DNA of 63,576 nucleotides, filler included, from Hausera hauseri (Eukaryota): NCBI GenBank assembly GCA_046269625.1. It is 10 parts of 10 records of this genome, joined end to end, with 100 filler letters (N's around TTAATTAATTAA, not from the genome) between each part and the next. Parts side by side here need not be neighbours in the genome. Positions count along the whole stretch, not along the records: positions 33,738 to 40,597 come from JBJURY010057774.1; positions 40,698 to 46,234 come from JBJURY010234407.1; positions 46,335 to 52,675 come from JBJURY010110542.1; 7 more parts are not named here. One strand, 5' to 3'. Shown piece by piece: positions 36,545 to 49,500 of this stretch (position 1 is its first letter; each line of letters starts with the position of its first letter). The notes under the pieces were generated by a model. It saw only the letters and a program-made list of their open reading frames with translations, ran no database searches and was not told where the DNA came from. The position numbers and the translations under genes were made by a program.

Positions 36545-37950
36545 TATTTTATCATATGGGTCTACAGGGTTCTCCAATTCCTTTAGTTCCCATTCTGAGT
36601 TTTTATGACCCTTAGAATAACAGTTTTTGGTGACTAATCGAAAAATCGCAATTAGTATAATGCGAACAAATGTTGACAGTACCGTGATAGATACGATTGG
36701 TAGTGTAGTTAGTCCCATCGGTACTTGTGTGGTGACCAGAGTTGTGATCCCCTCATCTATATCCTCATATGTATGGGATTCTGTGCGAATCTCATTTAAA
36801 GTTTGCTATGTAATGGTCTAATTTTGCTTATTTTCCGCACATATCTGTACTATATATTCGGCTTGTGGTTTTAATAAATTGCATTCTGTTTGATAAGTAT
36901 TTTTAAATAATGTCACCAGGTGATTATTATACGTTGTCCGACAACTTATATATATATTGTAATTTTGTTTCTCTTCCACAAAGAACACTATCTTAAATCA
37001 ATATGCCGAATATTTAATAGGGATACTTCTTAATTCTCTTTTAGGCACACTAGCCGATGTAATGATTGACATAATGGTACTAATTTGAGTAGCTGGTCTC
37101 CTGGTGGTCGTCGTTACTGAAATTTCCCAATTTCTATTTTCTGGATAGTAAGTTCTCAACTGTATAATTGGTTTATTCGGCCGTACTTCATATAAGTCAA
37201 ATCTTATTCTGAACTATAGGTTTACGGGTATTTCACAGCATGGTTTTTGCACGCCTGCTCGAATAGAACAATATTCTATCTTCGGAGTTGGTCCAACTGT
37301 TGCTTCAAACGTGATACTAATTTCCTGACTGAACGTTAATCCTGTTCTAGAGTCTACTTGAATGCACTGTTTGTCCTTATTCACAGAGATTCTATGAATA
37401 TTTTCGTCTAGTATTCTTATCTCTGGGTCAGTGGATCGTAAGATTTCATTCAGTTTTACTCTTTGATGTCTGTTCCATGCAGGAATGACTAATTGAGAAT
37501 GTGATTTCACTTCAACGTAAACGTCAGTTGAGTATGGCAAGTATAGACGGTAGGTGAGGTTATAAGTGCGTCCAAAGTCTATATCGCAACACTGCGTATT
37601 TTCTCCAGGCTCAAAATCGCAATTTTTCGTTCCTCTTGTGGTTGTATCAAGTAAGACAATTTGAAATCTTCCGAAATCGTAATGCGGTTTCCAAGCTTTA
37701 AATCCAACACATACGGAGTTTGGTGAATAGTAATGAATCGTCATTGATTGCAGTAATTTAGTGTCTACTTGTTTTTGAACTTCTGCTGTTGGCTTCTTTT
37801 TCGTCTTGGTAGTTTCCGATTTCAATCCACTCTTCCGAATTCCGTATATATCTCCTAACGATTATTCATCGTGCCACCATTGGGCTTGTGTTCTTGGGAG
37901 GTAGGAGGCAATTAACGATAATACTAAGACTACCTGAACGTATGCTATTG
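36545..37950 (-). pseudogene. Type I membrane protein: signal peptide, Cys-containing ectodomain, Thr-rich linker, FN3 domain, TM
   Basis: Signal IAYVQVVLVLSLIASYLPRTQA lies in frame after the integrase C-terminus. FN3 signature CNLLKPQAEYIVQICAEN at about 36822-36886; TM LPIVSITVLSTFVRIILIAIF at about 36631-36703. Confidence 0.7.
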
Positions 37951-40597
37951 GTCTAGTAATTATCGACGAAGTTTTTACTTCACGTTGGCGTAAATTATAA
38001 CGTTTGGTGGGTCGTATTTCTGTCTTGACAACTCTTTGTATTGACACAACTTCTTCCTTTCCATTTTTCTCAATATATACTGTAGTTGGCGTAGCCTTTG
38101 TAACCTCGTACGGTCCTCTACCTGTACGAGTCAATTTTAGTGAGGTGCTTTTCTTGGCTACTGAGTAATGCACATAAACCCATTTTCCTCGTTCTATATC
38201 ATGCGGTTTCGCTTTCTTATCATATTGCTTTTTAAATTGTTCTTGACATTCTTGTGATAGTTCTTTGGCAATTTCCCAACACTTTTGTAATCGCGTTTGT
38301 ATCACTTCTGCAAAATTCTGTTCTAAATCTTCGGAATTAACTGTGCAAGGTGTCATTCCTAAATCCGTGGGCAACGCGGCTTCACGTCCGTACATCATAA
38401 AAATGGCGTAAACCCTGTCGCTGGATGTGGCGTGGTATTAATTGCAAATTGCGTTCCTTCCAAAAATTCGTCCCAATCTTTTTGGTCCTTAGCCACTACT
38501 GTAGGCAGTATACGTATGACGGTAGCATTCATTTGTTGAACCATTCCATTACATTGAGGATGATGTGCAGTAGTTGTTAATCTCTCGATTTTGAATATCT
38601 TAGTGATTTTTTCGAATAATTCACTGGTAAAATTTCTTCCTCTACCCGTTAGTATTTGGTCTGGGGGTCCGTATCGACAAATAATTCTTCTTACAACGGC
38701 TTCTTCCAAGGTTTCGGCTTTCTGATCTATCAATGCTATCACTTCGACAAAATAAGTTAGGCGATCGATGCACGTTAAAATATACTTATTGTTCTTGTGA
38801 GTCGTAGGAAGAGGCCCTACGATATCCATCGCCATGGCCTGCATGGGTCTATCGGGTACATCAATTGGTTTTAACTCGGCCATGTAATTTTTCGTCTTTT
38901 TCTCTTTAGTTGCACACACTTCACAAGCATTTACCCAATTTTTCACATCGATATGGATGCTAGGCCAGAAGTATTTATTCATTATTTTTTTAACGCCTTC
39001 TTCCAGGACATGTGTCCGGCTAAGTATGAATCATGTTCTGACATCAGTACTTCGGTTTGTAAACTGTTCGGAATAACTATCAACCTCTTTCCCTTTCGTT
39101 CGTAATATAAAATGTCTCCTTCATTTCCGTCGTTTAAGACGCAGTATTTGTGTCCGTATCTGTGTAAATGTTTCTTTAATTGTCATCCGTTTGGTATAAT
39201 GTCTTTTTTAGCAAATTCTATAATCTGCTGGATAACTTTATCCTTCCTCTGTTCTGTTGAAATCTTGATTGCTCTATCTATTGTTAACACGCGTTAGCGG
39301 TCTAGTATTTCCTCAAGTTGACTTTTCTTCATTACTATTATTGCGCTTGTTTTAGTCTTAAGTCTCGATAGCGCATCGGCGTCTACGTGTTTGTTCGCTG
39401 ACTTATACTGAAACTCAATGTTATATCTGGAGATTTCTTCCATCCATCTATTTAGTCTGCACGTCGGGTTATTGGCTAGACCCTTTAAGGTCGTAACGGC
39501 CTTGTGGTCGGTGAAAATTATAATTTTCTGCCCGTAAACATAAACGTTAAAATGTTGAAGTGCTTCTTTTACTGCTAGAGTTTCTAATTCGGTAACAAAA
39601 TAATTTTTCTCAGCTTTCTTCAAAGAACGTCCTCCATAAGCAATTGGGTGCTCTAATTCTTCATCCTCTCTTTTCTGTGCTAATTCATATCCAGTACCTT
39701 CGTTACTGGCATCTTCCTTAATTATAAATGGTAAACTAAAATCTGGGAATCGCAAAACAGGTTCACTCGTTAATATCTTCTTTATTTCATCAAAGGCTTT
39801 CTGCTCGACGTCTGTCCATTTCCATTTAATCCCTTTTTTAAGCAGACGATATAGAGGCGCATTAATCTTTGAGTTATCTGGTACATAGTTTGCGTAATAT
39901 CCTCAAAGTCCTAGCCAGTGCCTCAACTCTTTCTGATTTTGTGGTTCCATACAATCCGATATTTTATTCAACAACGATTTATTTGGTTTCGACCCTCCTT
40001 CCCCAACTATATGACCAAGGTAGGATACTGCATTTTGAGCCCATTTGCATTTTTTTGGATTTAATTTCAATCCGGCTTGTTCCAAGCGCATCAGCGTATG
40101 TTCAATATCCTTTAAGTGTTCCTCTTCCGTTCTCGATGCTATCATTACATCATCTAAATATGCAAAGGCATGATCTAGTCCGATTAACATTTTGTTTATC
40201 ATTCTTGTAAATATGGCTGGTCCGATAGTAATACCGAACGGAATAACATTAAATTCGTAAACACCATCGTGAGTCTTAAATGCTATCTTATAACGGTCTT
40301 CGTCTTCTATTTCCACTTGCCAATATCCGGATCGTAGGTCCAGAGTAGTAAACCATTTCGCTCCTGAGAGTCTATCTAAGGCCTCTTTCACTGAAGGAAA
40401 AGGGAAGGAATCCTTCATCATAAGATTATTTAGAGCTCGGTAATCGATACAAAATCGGTGCTTTGTAGTGCCTTTCATTAATTACATTTGCCTTAAACAT
40501 TCGTTCAACTTCCTTTGTTATCTCGGGTCTTAGCAAATGTGGTGGAGGGTACCATTTCGGCATCTTCTGATCCTCCAGATCTTTTTCTTCATTTGAA
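37950..40597 (-). pseudogene. pol: Ty3/gypsy pol (RT, RNase H, integrase)
   Basis: YLDD, EDAS/TDHK/ADALSR, integrase zinc finger and DDE core; frameshifted. Confidence 0.95.
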
Positions 40598-41350
40598 NNN
40601 NNNNNNNNNNNNNNNNNNNNNNNNNNNNNNNNNNNNNNNNNTTAATTAATTAANNNNNNNNNNNNNNNNNNNNNNNNNNNNNNNNNNNNNNNNNNNNGAA
40701 AGCTAATAACAAGTCAATAAATAATATACATAGATCAATGATCGAGTCGTGAAAGTTAGGACATTTAATTCACCAAGATAACATCATTAATCAAAGAAAA
40801 ACAATAATTAAAGCTTTTCAGAAAAATTCGGATTTTGGTGAGGATATAACAAACAAGTACCGAAATCAATCTCCAAAACTGAAAGGAGCATTTTACGGCA
40901 AATCACGTCATACGTCTAACTTCACAAATTTTAATGCGGGTGATTAATTTAAACATGTCAAACAGAAACAATCAACAGTCCATAGTTTTATATAGTTATT
41001 TTAATTTATATTGGATGTCTTAATTATTAATTTATATTGATTACTAACATCAACAAATCCTTTGTCGTATAAAATTTTGGTCATAAGTTTCTGATGTAAA
41101 GAATTTCTTTAATTTTAAGATTAATTTGGTCGTATAACAAGTAGATTATTCTGAATATATTTTTTGTCTATTGGATTATTTGTTGCTAAATAAAATTGTT
41201 TCTTAACTTCAATAAATGAACAGAAAACATTTACAAAACAGTTGCTATTCAAAAATGCATACAAAAATTTCCATATTAACAAAAATTATTTAAATTTTAT
41301 TCGACCTCAAATTTGGGACTTGTTGAGGACTTGTTGAATATCTCTTCAAA

Positions 41351-41578
41351 ATGAATTCGATAATTCTTCTTGTCGTTTTTGTTGGGTTGTTTTCATCATC
41401 ATCATTCGCCAGTCAAAGAAATTGTAGGATATTTTTTGTTACTGGTTTTATATTATTTATCGTAGGTACAGTAAGGAATAGACAGACGTCTACAAATGGG
41501 GTACCGCAATGCGAAATTTGCTGTTCCACGAGATGCACGAGATACAGACAACCGTGCTCCGACGTAGTTCGTGGATAG
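41351..41578 (+). CDS. Small secreted six-cysteine peptide (knottin/toxin-like), probable 42-nt intron at 41424-41465
   Basis: Signal peptide MNSIILLVVFVGLFSSSSFA; GTAGGA...T-rich...CGTAG intron. Spliced 61-aa product has C-x14-C-x2-CC-x3-C-x6-C and a terminal Gly. Confidence 0.7.
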   Translation: MNSIILLVVFVGLFSSSSFASQRNCRIFFVTGFILFIVGTVRNRQTSTNGVPQCEICCSTRCTRYRQPCSDVVRG

Positions 41579-41743
41579 TGACGTGCGTTGCTTGGTGACT
41601 AACTGCTGTGCTTTTTGATTAAATTGATGATTCGTCATATTTTGTGGTGATAAACAAAATTTAATTTCATTAACAATCAAATTAAATTGAAATGAATATT
41701 GGATAAGTAATGAAGCATACATCAGCAGTATTTAATAGAAACG

Positions 41744-44700
41744 TGTTAGCCGCGGGCGCGTCCATCCCACACACCTCGTCGCCCAGCTTGAGTTGGGTTG
41801 AAAACTCCCCGCCACCTGGTATGTCCGCGAAAGCAGAATTTGACCGTTTGTAATCGCTCATTGAAAAGGTAATACCAGTTGTTGAAAATGTTATTATTAT
41901 TTAAAAAAGAAGAATCACAATCCCAGTGATTTCCCTATGTGGAATTCATGAGAAACACATGTGTTTGTCTGTCCAATCGCCGCTCACTGTCATGTGTTGG
42001 ATTTCGGACTTTCTGTACCAGACCACCGTATTGATGCTACGGACGTACTGCGAGTTTACAACAATCTCACCGATCGATCGACAGACAGTCCATCATCAGA
42101 GGTATCTAGACACATGTGGATGAAGTTTTTCTCACTTGTTTGCGTCCACCAGTGCGGTCATTTTTTGCGCTCTCACAAATCTTTGATGGCCAACACCAAT
42201 CTCAATTTTGTAAACCTTTTGAGCTCAAAAGCCTTAGATATTCTTTCATCACATTCAGTACTTGTCACCGCTATCCCTGTTGTACGCTCGAACCGCTTCT
42301 TAACCCAAAAGGTAACCGCCCAAGCCCCTTGTGCACTTCATCGTTTCTTTGGGACGACCTCATTATAATTATCTTCCTTGGTCTTTAGCTACAATCAACA
42401 CATTACAACCTTACAAGCTCCACTCAACGAGACAGCACAGTTCTTCTATAACGCTTTGTCCTCATCATACAACATTTCGGATTTCTATTTTATATATCAA
42501 GGGTTTATAATACATCCTTCAGACATCCTCTTGTCTTTCATTATACAAACGTCCAAACACTTATCTCATGCTGCATTTTCGTCTCCGGAGTGGATCGGAT
42601 CCCAATCCATCCTTCTTGGATGATAAATCCACAAATACGGGCAACGTCTGTAGTTTGCCACATTCCCAACAGTGACGGAGTAATTAAATTTACCTTGCGT
42701 GGAATTTTTCCTCGACAAAAACAACTCCAGCAAACCGCGGCTCCAATTCCACCAGCAGTTGCTAAAATCGAACAACATCACTCATTCTTTTGTGCGAGCC
42801 AATAGCCTCTTAATTATTCTGCCTGCCAAAGTCAAGCAGCAGATTAATAGTATCTCCGAGCTGCTACAATCCTCGACATCTTACGAAACACTCTGTGAAG
42901 GTGTACTGCATGTCACGGGTCCTTCGATTACATACTACAAAAGTATTTTAATGACCACGCAATAGGGAACCAAAAGCCATCTGACTTTCTCCAAACGGTC
43001 ATTATGCAGCTCAGCGCGCTAGGAGTGACACCTGCGAATAACGCGGATTTAATTCGCCGTTATTTCTTACGTCTTTGCCCACCTCAATCATAGCCTTACT
43101 CACCGTTGTCGACGAGTCCACTGTTATCGAAAAACTGTCAATAATGGCTAACAAATCATTTGAGATTTTTTATACCAATAATTCTCTCCCTATTGCGGCT
43201 GCAACCACATGTGCTCCAACTGCAAACACAACGTTTTTTACTCAACAATTGCAAATGATACAGCAACAGTTTGACAAGTTACAGCAGTCAATTTCGGCCA
43301 TTACTACCTAACTAAATAATATTAATGGGCCTCGACGAAGTGAAACCAGACCTTCAAGGGAGAAAAGCATTTCCAGACACTCTGCTCGATTGATTTCACC
43401 TGGCGGACGTATGACTTTCTTCTATCACATGCGATTTCGAAGGGATGCTAAGAAGTGTTTTTTGGGTTGTCGGTTCTACAACCCAAAAAGCAGTGGACAA
43501 TCCCATTTGTGTCTACGACAATAAATTCCAGTCACAGACTAGATCATGCGTGCCTGGTTGTAAACATTACAAAGATAAATCTCCTCGCCCTTTCTCCTTC
43601 TTTTCCTTTTTTCCAAAACCTTCAAAACACTAATAACGCCGCCAGATTTTACGGCACATTTTGGCGCAGGCAATATCGCTTAATCTTCTGGCCGTTTCAA
43701 CACCGCCTCTGCAGTTTTTCTGTTGAATGCTGTTCTGTTATGCAGAGATTCTTCACATATCGACTTCCTTATAGACTCAGGAGCTGCCTTTTTGCTCCTT
43801 TCTTTGTCCTTCCTTCTTAAATAGACTATGATTTCCTGTCTGCCGCTTTTCACTGCCAGTGGTCAACCGTTGCATGTTGCAGGAACCAAGGAATTGATTT
43901 TCACATTCGCCAACTTGCCGGATATATTTGTCTGGAAGTTCCACGTGGCCAACATTAAATCGCCCATAATAGGCTCAGATTTTCTCACCGCACATGATCT
44001 TTTGGTCGATTGCAAATACAGATGTCTTTTAAGCAGGAACTCAATTGCAACTCCAAGCATGTGTCTCGTAGACAACTTAGTGAGCAATTCACTGCATTCA
44101 TCTATGATACTGTTGAACGCTTCGTAATTTATAAAAAACTTCAGACAAAGTCGTCAATATTTCAATTATAAACAACAATCATAAATCTATTCTAAAACAA
44201 AAATCCAAATTAGGCGTCGACAGTAGTGATGCTAGTTACTTTTCCTCAATCACTGGAGCTGTTCTCTCTAATGATATGCCTTATTCATTCTTATCTCTAG
44301 ACTCCTATCATAAATCATACGTCACAACGTCTTGCTTTTGCATAGTTAAAAGGGACGTCAACTTCAAGCCTCCATCCACAACTTATTATCACATAGTAAC
44401 AGAGCATGAGAGGCCGATCAAATAAAAGGTCCGACCCTTGTCGCCACGCAAACGTAAAGATGTGGAATAGCAATTTAATGATCTGGAAAGGTCTGGCATC
44501 ATTCGGAGATCAAATTCGCCGTGGGCTTCTCTTCTTCATGTGGTGGTAAAGAAAGATGGTACCTATAGGCCATGTGGCGACTATCGACAATTAAACAATA
44601 TAACTATTACAGGTGCCTATGCACTACCACATATTAAAGATATTTTTCATGGCCTCAACAACACCAATACATATTCTACCATTGATCTGCACAAGGCCTA

Positions 44701-46055
44701 CCATGAAATTCCTGTTGCCCTGATGACATTCCAAAAACTCCTGTCATCACACAATTTGGTCTTTACAATACATTTTCATGCCTTTCGGCCTACGTAGTGC
44801 ATCTCAGACCTTTTAGCCCCACACTGACACCGTTCTTTTTGGTCTTGATTTTGCTAACCCATACACAAATGACATATTAGTCTCTTCCAGCTCCATCCAA
44901 CAACATTAAGAGCACCGTAAGATTATTTTCCACAGATTGCATCAAAGCAACCTGCAAGTTAATTTCGCCTAATGCAATTTCTTCCAAAAACGTGTCAACT
45001 TCTTAGACCATATAATTACTCCCGAAGGGCATTCGCCCCATCCTGATCGCTTACAAAAATTAAAAAAATATGACGCTGCCAACCACTACTACCGATATGA
45101 GAAGTTTCCTAGGGACATTGCATTTTGTACACAAATACGTGCCACACTGCTCCGAATTAACGGCACCTTTTGCACACCTCTCATCTGGGAAGAAAAGACA
45201 CTTAATGCACTGGACTCTCTATCTAGCAAACCAATTTGATCGCCTTCGTGAAGGTCTGAAAACTGTTGAAATCTTGGCCTTTCCAAAACCAAACGCTGAA
45301 CTAATATTAACTACCGATGCTTCTACCACAGCAACTGGTACGATATTACATCAAATATACAATGGCGTCGATGAACCATTAGAAGTTTATTCCCAAAAGC
45401 TCACGCAACCGGAAAGCCGATACTCAACATTCGATCGTGAACTCTTGGCTGTAGTTCTAGCGGAAAAGCATTTTAAGCACCTGCTTCTTTCACGCCAATT
45501 TGCCATCCACACCGACCTTAAGCCTCTACTTTATATAATGACTTTGAAGCAGCCCTCATCCAGACATAAACGACAGATATCATACCTGTCGACGTTTAGT
45601 TTTTCCATGAAAAATATTTCAGGCACCGATAATTTAGTAGCGGACTTTCTTTCGCGGCCGGTTAACTCAATTACATTTCAGCCAATTTTCTCCTCTGAGG
45701 TTCTGAGAAGCAATCAGCCATCGTCTAAAATCTGTTGAAATCATCGATGGCATCGCTTATGACACTTCCCACTCGACCAACAAGAAAATCATTCACGCTT
45801 CATCGTTTAAAAAGACAGCTTTTAATCACTTTCACTCTCTTCATCACCGGGTTCAAAAGCCACATTTCGTTTACTGCAACGCCATGTTGTATGGCCAACT
45901 ATGAGTACAGATGTACAGGTCTGGGTTAAGGGATGTGTAGCATGTCAGCAATATAAGGTTCATAAACTCCTCAAACCACCACTTTATCACTTCCCTTGCA
46001 CGTCTCGTGTTGACACCGTTCATTTCGATCTTGTGGGTCCTTTACCATTCAACAC
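41744..46055 (+). mobile_element. CsRn1-clade Ty3/gypsy element family C, copy 1 (LTR start, Ubl-gag, PR, RT, RH, IN start), decayed
   Basis: Gag QKPSDFL and tandem CHCC-type fingers; PR LIDSGA; RT RPCGDYRQLN, DLHKAYHEIP; RH TTDAS, RYSTFDRELLA; IN HFDLVGPLP. TGTTAGCCGC at 41744 resembles the copy-2 LTR start. Confidence 0.9.
42370..42606 (+). pseudogene. Ubiquitin-like leader on Gag ending LHFRLRSG|SDPN
   Basis: LVFSYNQHITTLQAPLNETAQ..DFYFIYQGFIIHPSDILLSF, then after a frameshift YLMLHFRLRSG-SDPN (42580-42606). AGT is one transition from GGT. Confidence 0.7.
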
Positions 46056-46589
46056 CAACATGTGACTATACGACACAAATGTTATCATCTCAGACAAAGG
46101 TGTTCCAACAGTATTCGTTGAAACATTTTGCAAATATTACTATTTATACGATTAACAATGTTTACTTTTCAATGCGTAATTTCAAACGATCCAATTCTGA
46201 TTCAGCAGACATACCAGAGGACGGGTATTTTCCANNNNNNNNNNNNNNNNNNNNNNNNNNNNNNNNNNNNNNNNNNNNTTAATTAATTAANNNNNNNNNN
46301 NNNNNNNNNNNNNNNNNNNNNNNNNNNNNNNNNNGTTAAATTTGTCATAAATTTTTGCAATTCGACAAATAATTTAAAGCAAGTAAAATATTTCATTTGT
46401 TGAGTGAAATTAATTAATTCATTTTTTTGTCATTGATTTGAAAACTGAAGCTGAACCTATTTCGAGTATTATGCACCAGTTTACACCCGTAGATGAATGA
46501 GCAACTGAAAAACTGAGCTAGTGCAAGAATACAAAAGTACCATGGGGCTAAATGAAAACCCTTTAGATTACGTAATCAGGCAACAAATA

Positions 46590-49500
46590 ACGCTTGTCCT
46601 TAGTGGTGGCGGCACGCGCAACGGCGGCACCACATTACCTCCCCCCGTGGCAAAAATGGCACTATAGTAGAGAAAAAATATGAACAGAAAATCTCAAATG
46701 GAAATAGGTTTTTCCTTCTAATCGATTTTTGTGTGTACTAGGCGTAGTACTTTGTCGATATATTGCTCTCTACTGTACTTAGTGAAAGTTACTCTGCGTG
46801 TTCTGTTTTCCTGTGGTGTGTTCATTTGCAGAGATGTACGTAGAGGTGAGAGCTTTGTCGTAGTTTTGGGTTGATTGTTTGGTATTATTTTGGTTGAAGA
46901 AAGTGAGTTGTGAAGAACGATTAATTTAAGAAGTGGATGAAGAAGGTAAGGAGTGAGAAATGAAAAATGATAAGTGAGGAGTAGAAAGTGGAGAACGTGA
47001 AGTCGAGTTGGCAGATGAGAAAAGGGGAGTAGGAATTGCGACGAGAAAAGCAGAAAGTGATGAAAGTGAAGTTGTGGATGGAATGTTAACTGTAGAAGAT
47101 GATATGTGAGAGTTAACAGGTAAAGAATTGGAAGTAGGGGTTGAAACATTAGAAAGAAAAGTGGGAACTGAACCAGGTGGTGGTTGATGATTTGTTGATT
47201 TAACAAGGAACGGCGTAGAAACAAAAGAATCGAAAAAAGTGCCAGTAGAATTGAGGTTGTTTTGTGTATCATGTAGAGAATCGTCCACGAAAAAGGCAGG
47301 TTTTAAATTGGTGATGTGAACAGTTTGTTCTTTACCGCTTTTAAGAATTGTACCTTGTGAGATGATACGAAAAGCAGTTTGAATGGCCCAACGTATTGTG
47401 GTTGAAAATTACCAAGACAAATTTGGCAGTATACAAATCATTTCGTATGTTTGATTTGTTATAGTTTACTATTTTGCAAAATGAGTCTTTGTTTAGTTTA
47501 ACGAAGTGATCTTGGGCATTTCGAATTAGTTCGTCTGTTAATGTATCGTGCAGATCCGTTAACTCAAAAAGTGCTTGAATTGGTGTTGCAAACAATGCTT
47601 CAGCTCGTGCACAACCCGTGGTGGTGGAGGGTGTGTTTCGCCAGCCAAGCAAAACAAGAGGTAGAAGAGCTGTCCAGTTGCTGTGTAATTCAGTTAGGAT
47701 TTTAAGTGAGGTTTTCATTGTGCGGTGGAATCTTTCTAGTAAACTGTTCGCTTGGGAGTGATATGGAAAGGTGTGTATGTGTTTAATTCCCAAACGACTG
47801 ACTAAGGATTTAAAGGGATTTGACTCGAATTGTGGACCTTGGTCCATGATTATGAAGCGAGTGGAGCCAAATGTGCTAATCCACGTTTTGATAAAGACCT
47901 CAGCGATAGTGTCTGTGTTGGTGGAACGTAATGGAATGGCTTCTGGCGATCGAGAAGAACGGTCCATCATAGTGAGTATGAATTGATGGCCGTTGTCTGG
48001 ACAAAGAAGGCCGACTAGGTCTACATGAACGAATTGAAAACGCGACGTACTGGGGAAGTAATATAATGGTGTCTTCAGACGATTGTGAGTTTTGAATTTT
48101 TAGCATGCCACGCATTCTTTAATCCACTCTTGTACGTCTGATTTCATCGACGGCCATATAACATTATGTTGCAGAAGACGAAAAGTTGCTTTGGCACCAG
48201 GGTGATGAAGAGAATGTACGTTATGAAAGGCAGTTTTCTGCATAGATGAAGACAATATGGGTTTGTGATTACCGGGTTTAGAAGTGTCATAGGCTATTCC
48301 GTCGATGATTTGGTGCGATTTAAAAGATTTAAGAATTTCCTGTACTGGTATGTTTTGCTGAAGCACTGCTTGTGAAAAAATGGAAGTGACTCCAATGATG
48401 TTAACTGATCTCGACACAAAATCGACAACCAAATTTTCAGTGCCTGAAATATGTATTATTTTAAAATTGAATGTCGACAAGTACGATATGTGACGTTCTT
48501 GTCGAGGTGGAGTTTTCATATCCATAATGCGAATGAGAAGGTTGTGATCAGTTTGGATCGTAAAAGATCTGGTGATTAACAAATGAGAGAAATGTTTTAA
48601 AGCTAATACTTTAGCTAGGAGCTCTCTGTCAAAAGTTGAGTAACGGCTTTCTGGTGCTGTAAGTTTCAGATAATAAAATTCCAGAGGCTCGTTGATGCCA
48701 TTAGAAATTTGATACAGTATTGCGCCGACTGCTGTAGTACAGGCGTCTGTAGTTAATATCAGCTTTACGTCAACCTTGGAGTGTTATAGAATTTCAACGG
48801 CTTTTAAACCCTTACGTAAATGGTCAAATTGGCTTACAAGTTCAAGCGTCCAGTGAATTAACTGTTTCTTTTTTCCAGACGATAGAAATGCAAAGGGTGC
48901 GGTTAATTCGGAGCAATGTGGCACGTATTTATGAACAAAGTGGATTGTACTAAGAAAATAGTGCATTTCAGTTGTTCGTGGCAATTGAATGTTCCTAAGC
49001 TGAGTTATGCGGTATTGCTGAGGAGAGTGGCCAAATTTGATGATGGCATGACCAAGGAAATGGATCTTGTGTTGGAAAAAAGAACATTTGGCGAAATTTA
49101 CTTCTAAATTATTTTGATGAAGGCGTTGAAAGACTATGCGCATATGATCAGAATATTGCTTAGGAGATAACGAAGCTGAGAATGTCGTTTATGTAAGGAA
49201 ATGCAAAGTTTAAACCAGCGAGGATTATGTCTGTGTGCCTTTGGAATGTTTGACAGGCACTATGCAAACCAAAGGGCATAAAGACATACTCAAAAAGGCC
49301 GAAAGCTGTTGTCACAGCTGCTTTCGGTATATCAGCAGGTGAGACAGGAATCTGATGGTAGGCTTCATGAAGATCGATGGTGAAAATATGCTGTTGCCAT
49401 TGAGTCTGTGTGAGATAACATTGACGGAGGGTAATGGATATGCGTCCATTACCGTAGTGGTGTTCAATTGGAGATAATTACCACAGGGCCTGAAAGTACC

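Larger units (their letters stand above)
33738..40597 (-). mobile_element. 3' part of giant Ty3/gypsy family A (sister copy): RT-RH-IN, FN3/TM protein, exonuclease, RING, PPT, LTR
   Basis: RT block TTKHRFC..KIAF is 56/64 aa identical to contig 1 by hand count. IN has CEVC, DIVGPLP, HHPQCNGMV, TGFTPF and GPYEV. Confidence 0.92.

Noticed and set aside
46718-47288. Hydrophobic Leu/His/Phe-rich ORF after the family C integrase as a possible env
   Set aside because: It is an alternative frame of a low-complexity S/T/P-rich integrase tail, with no Cys pattern or ectodomain.
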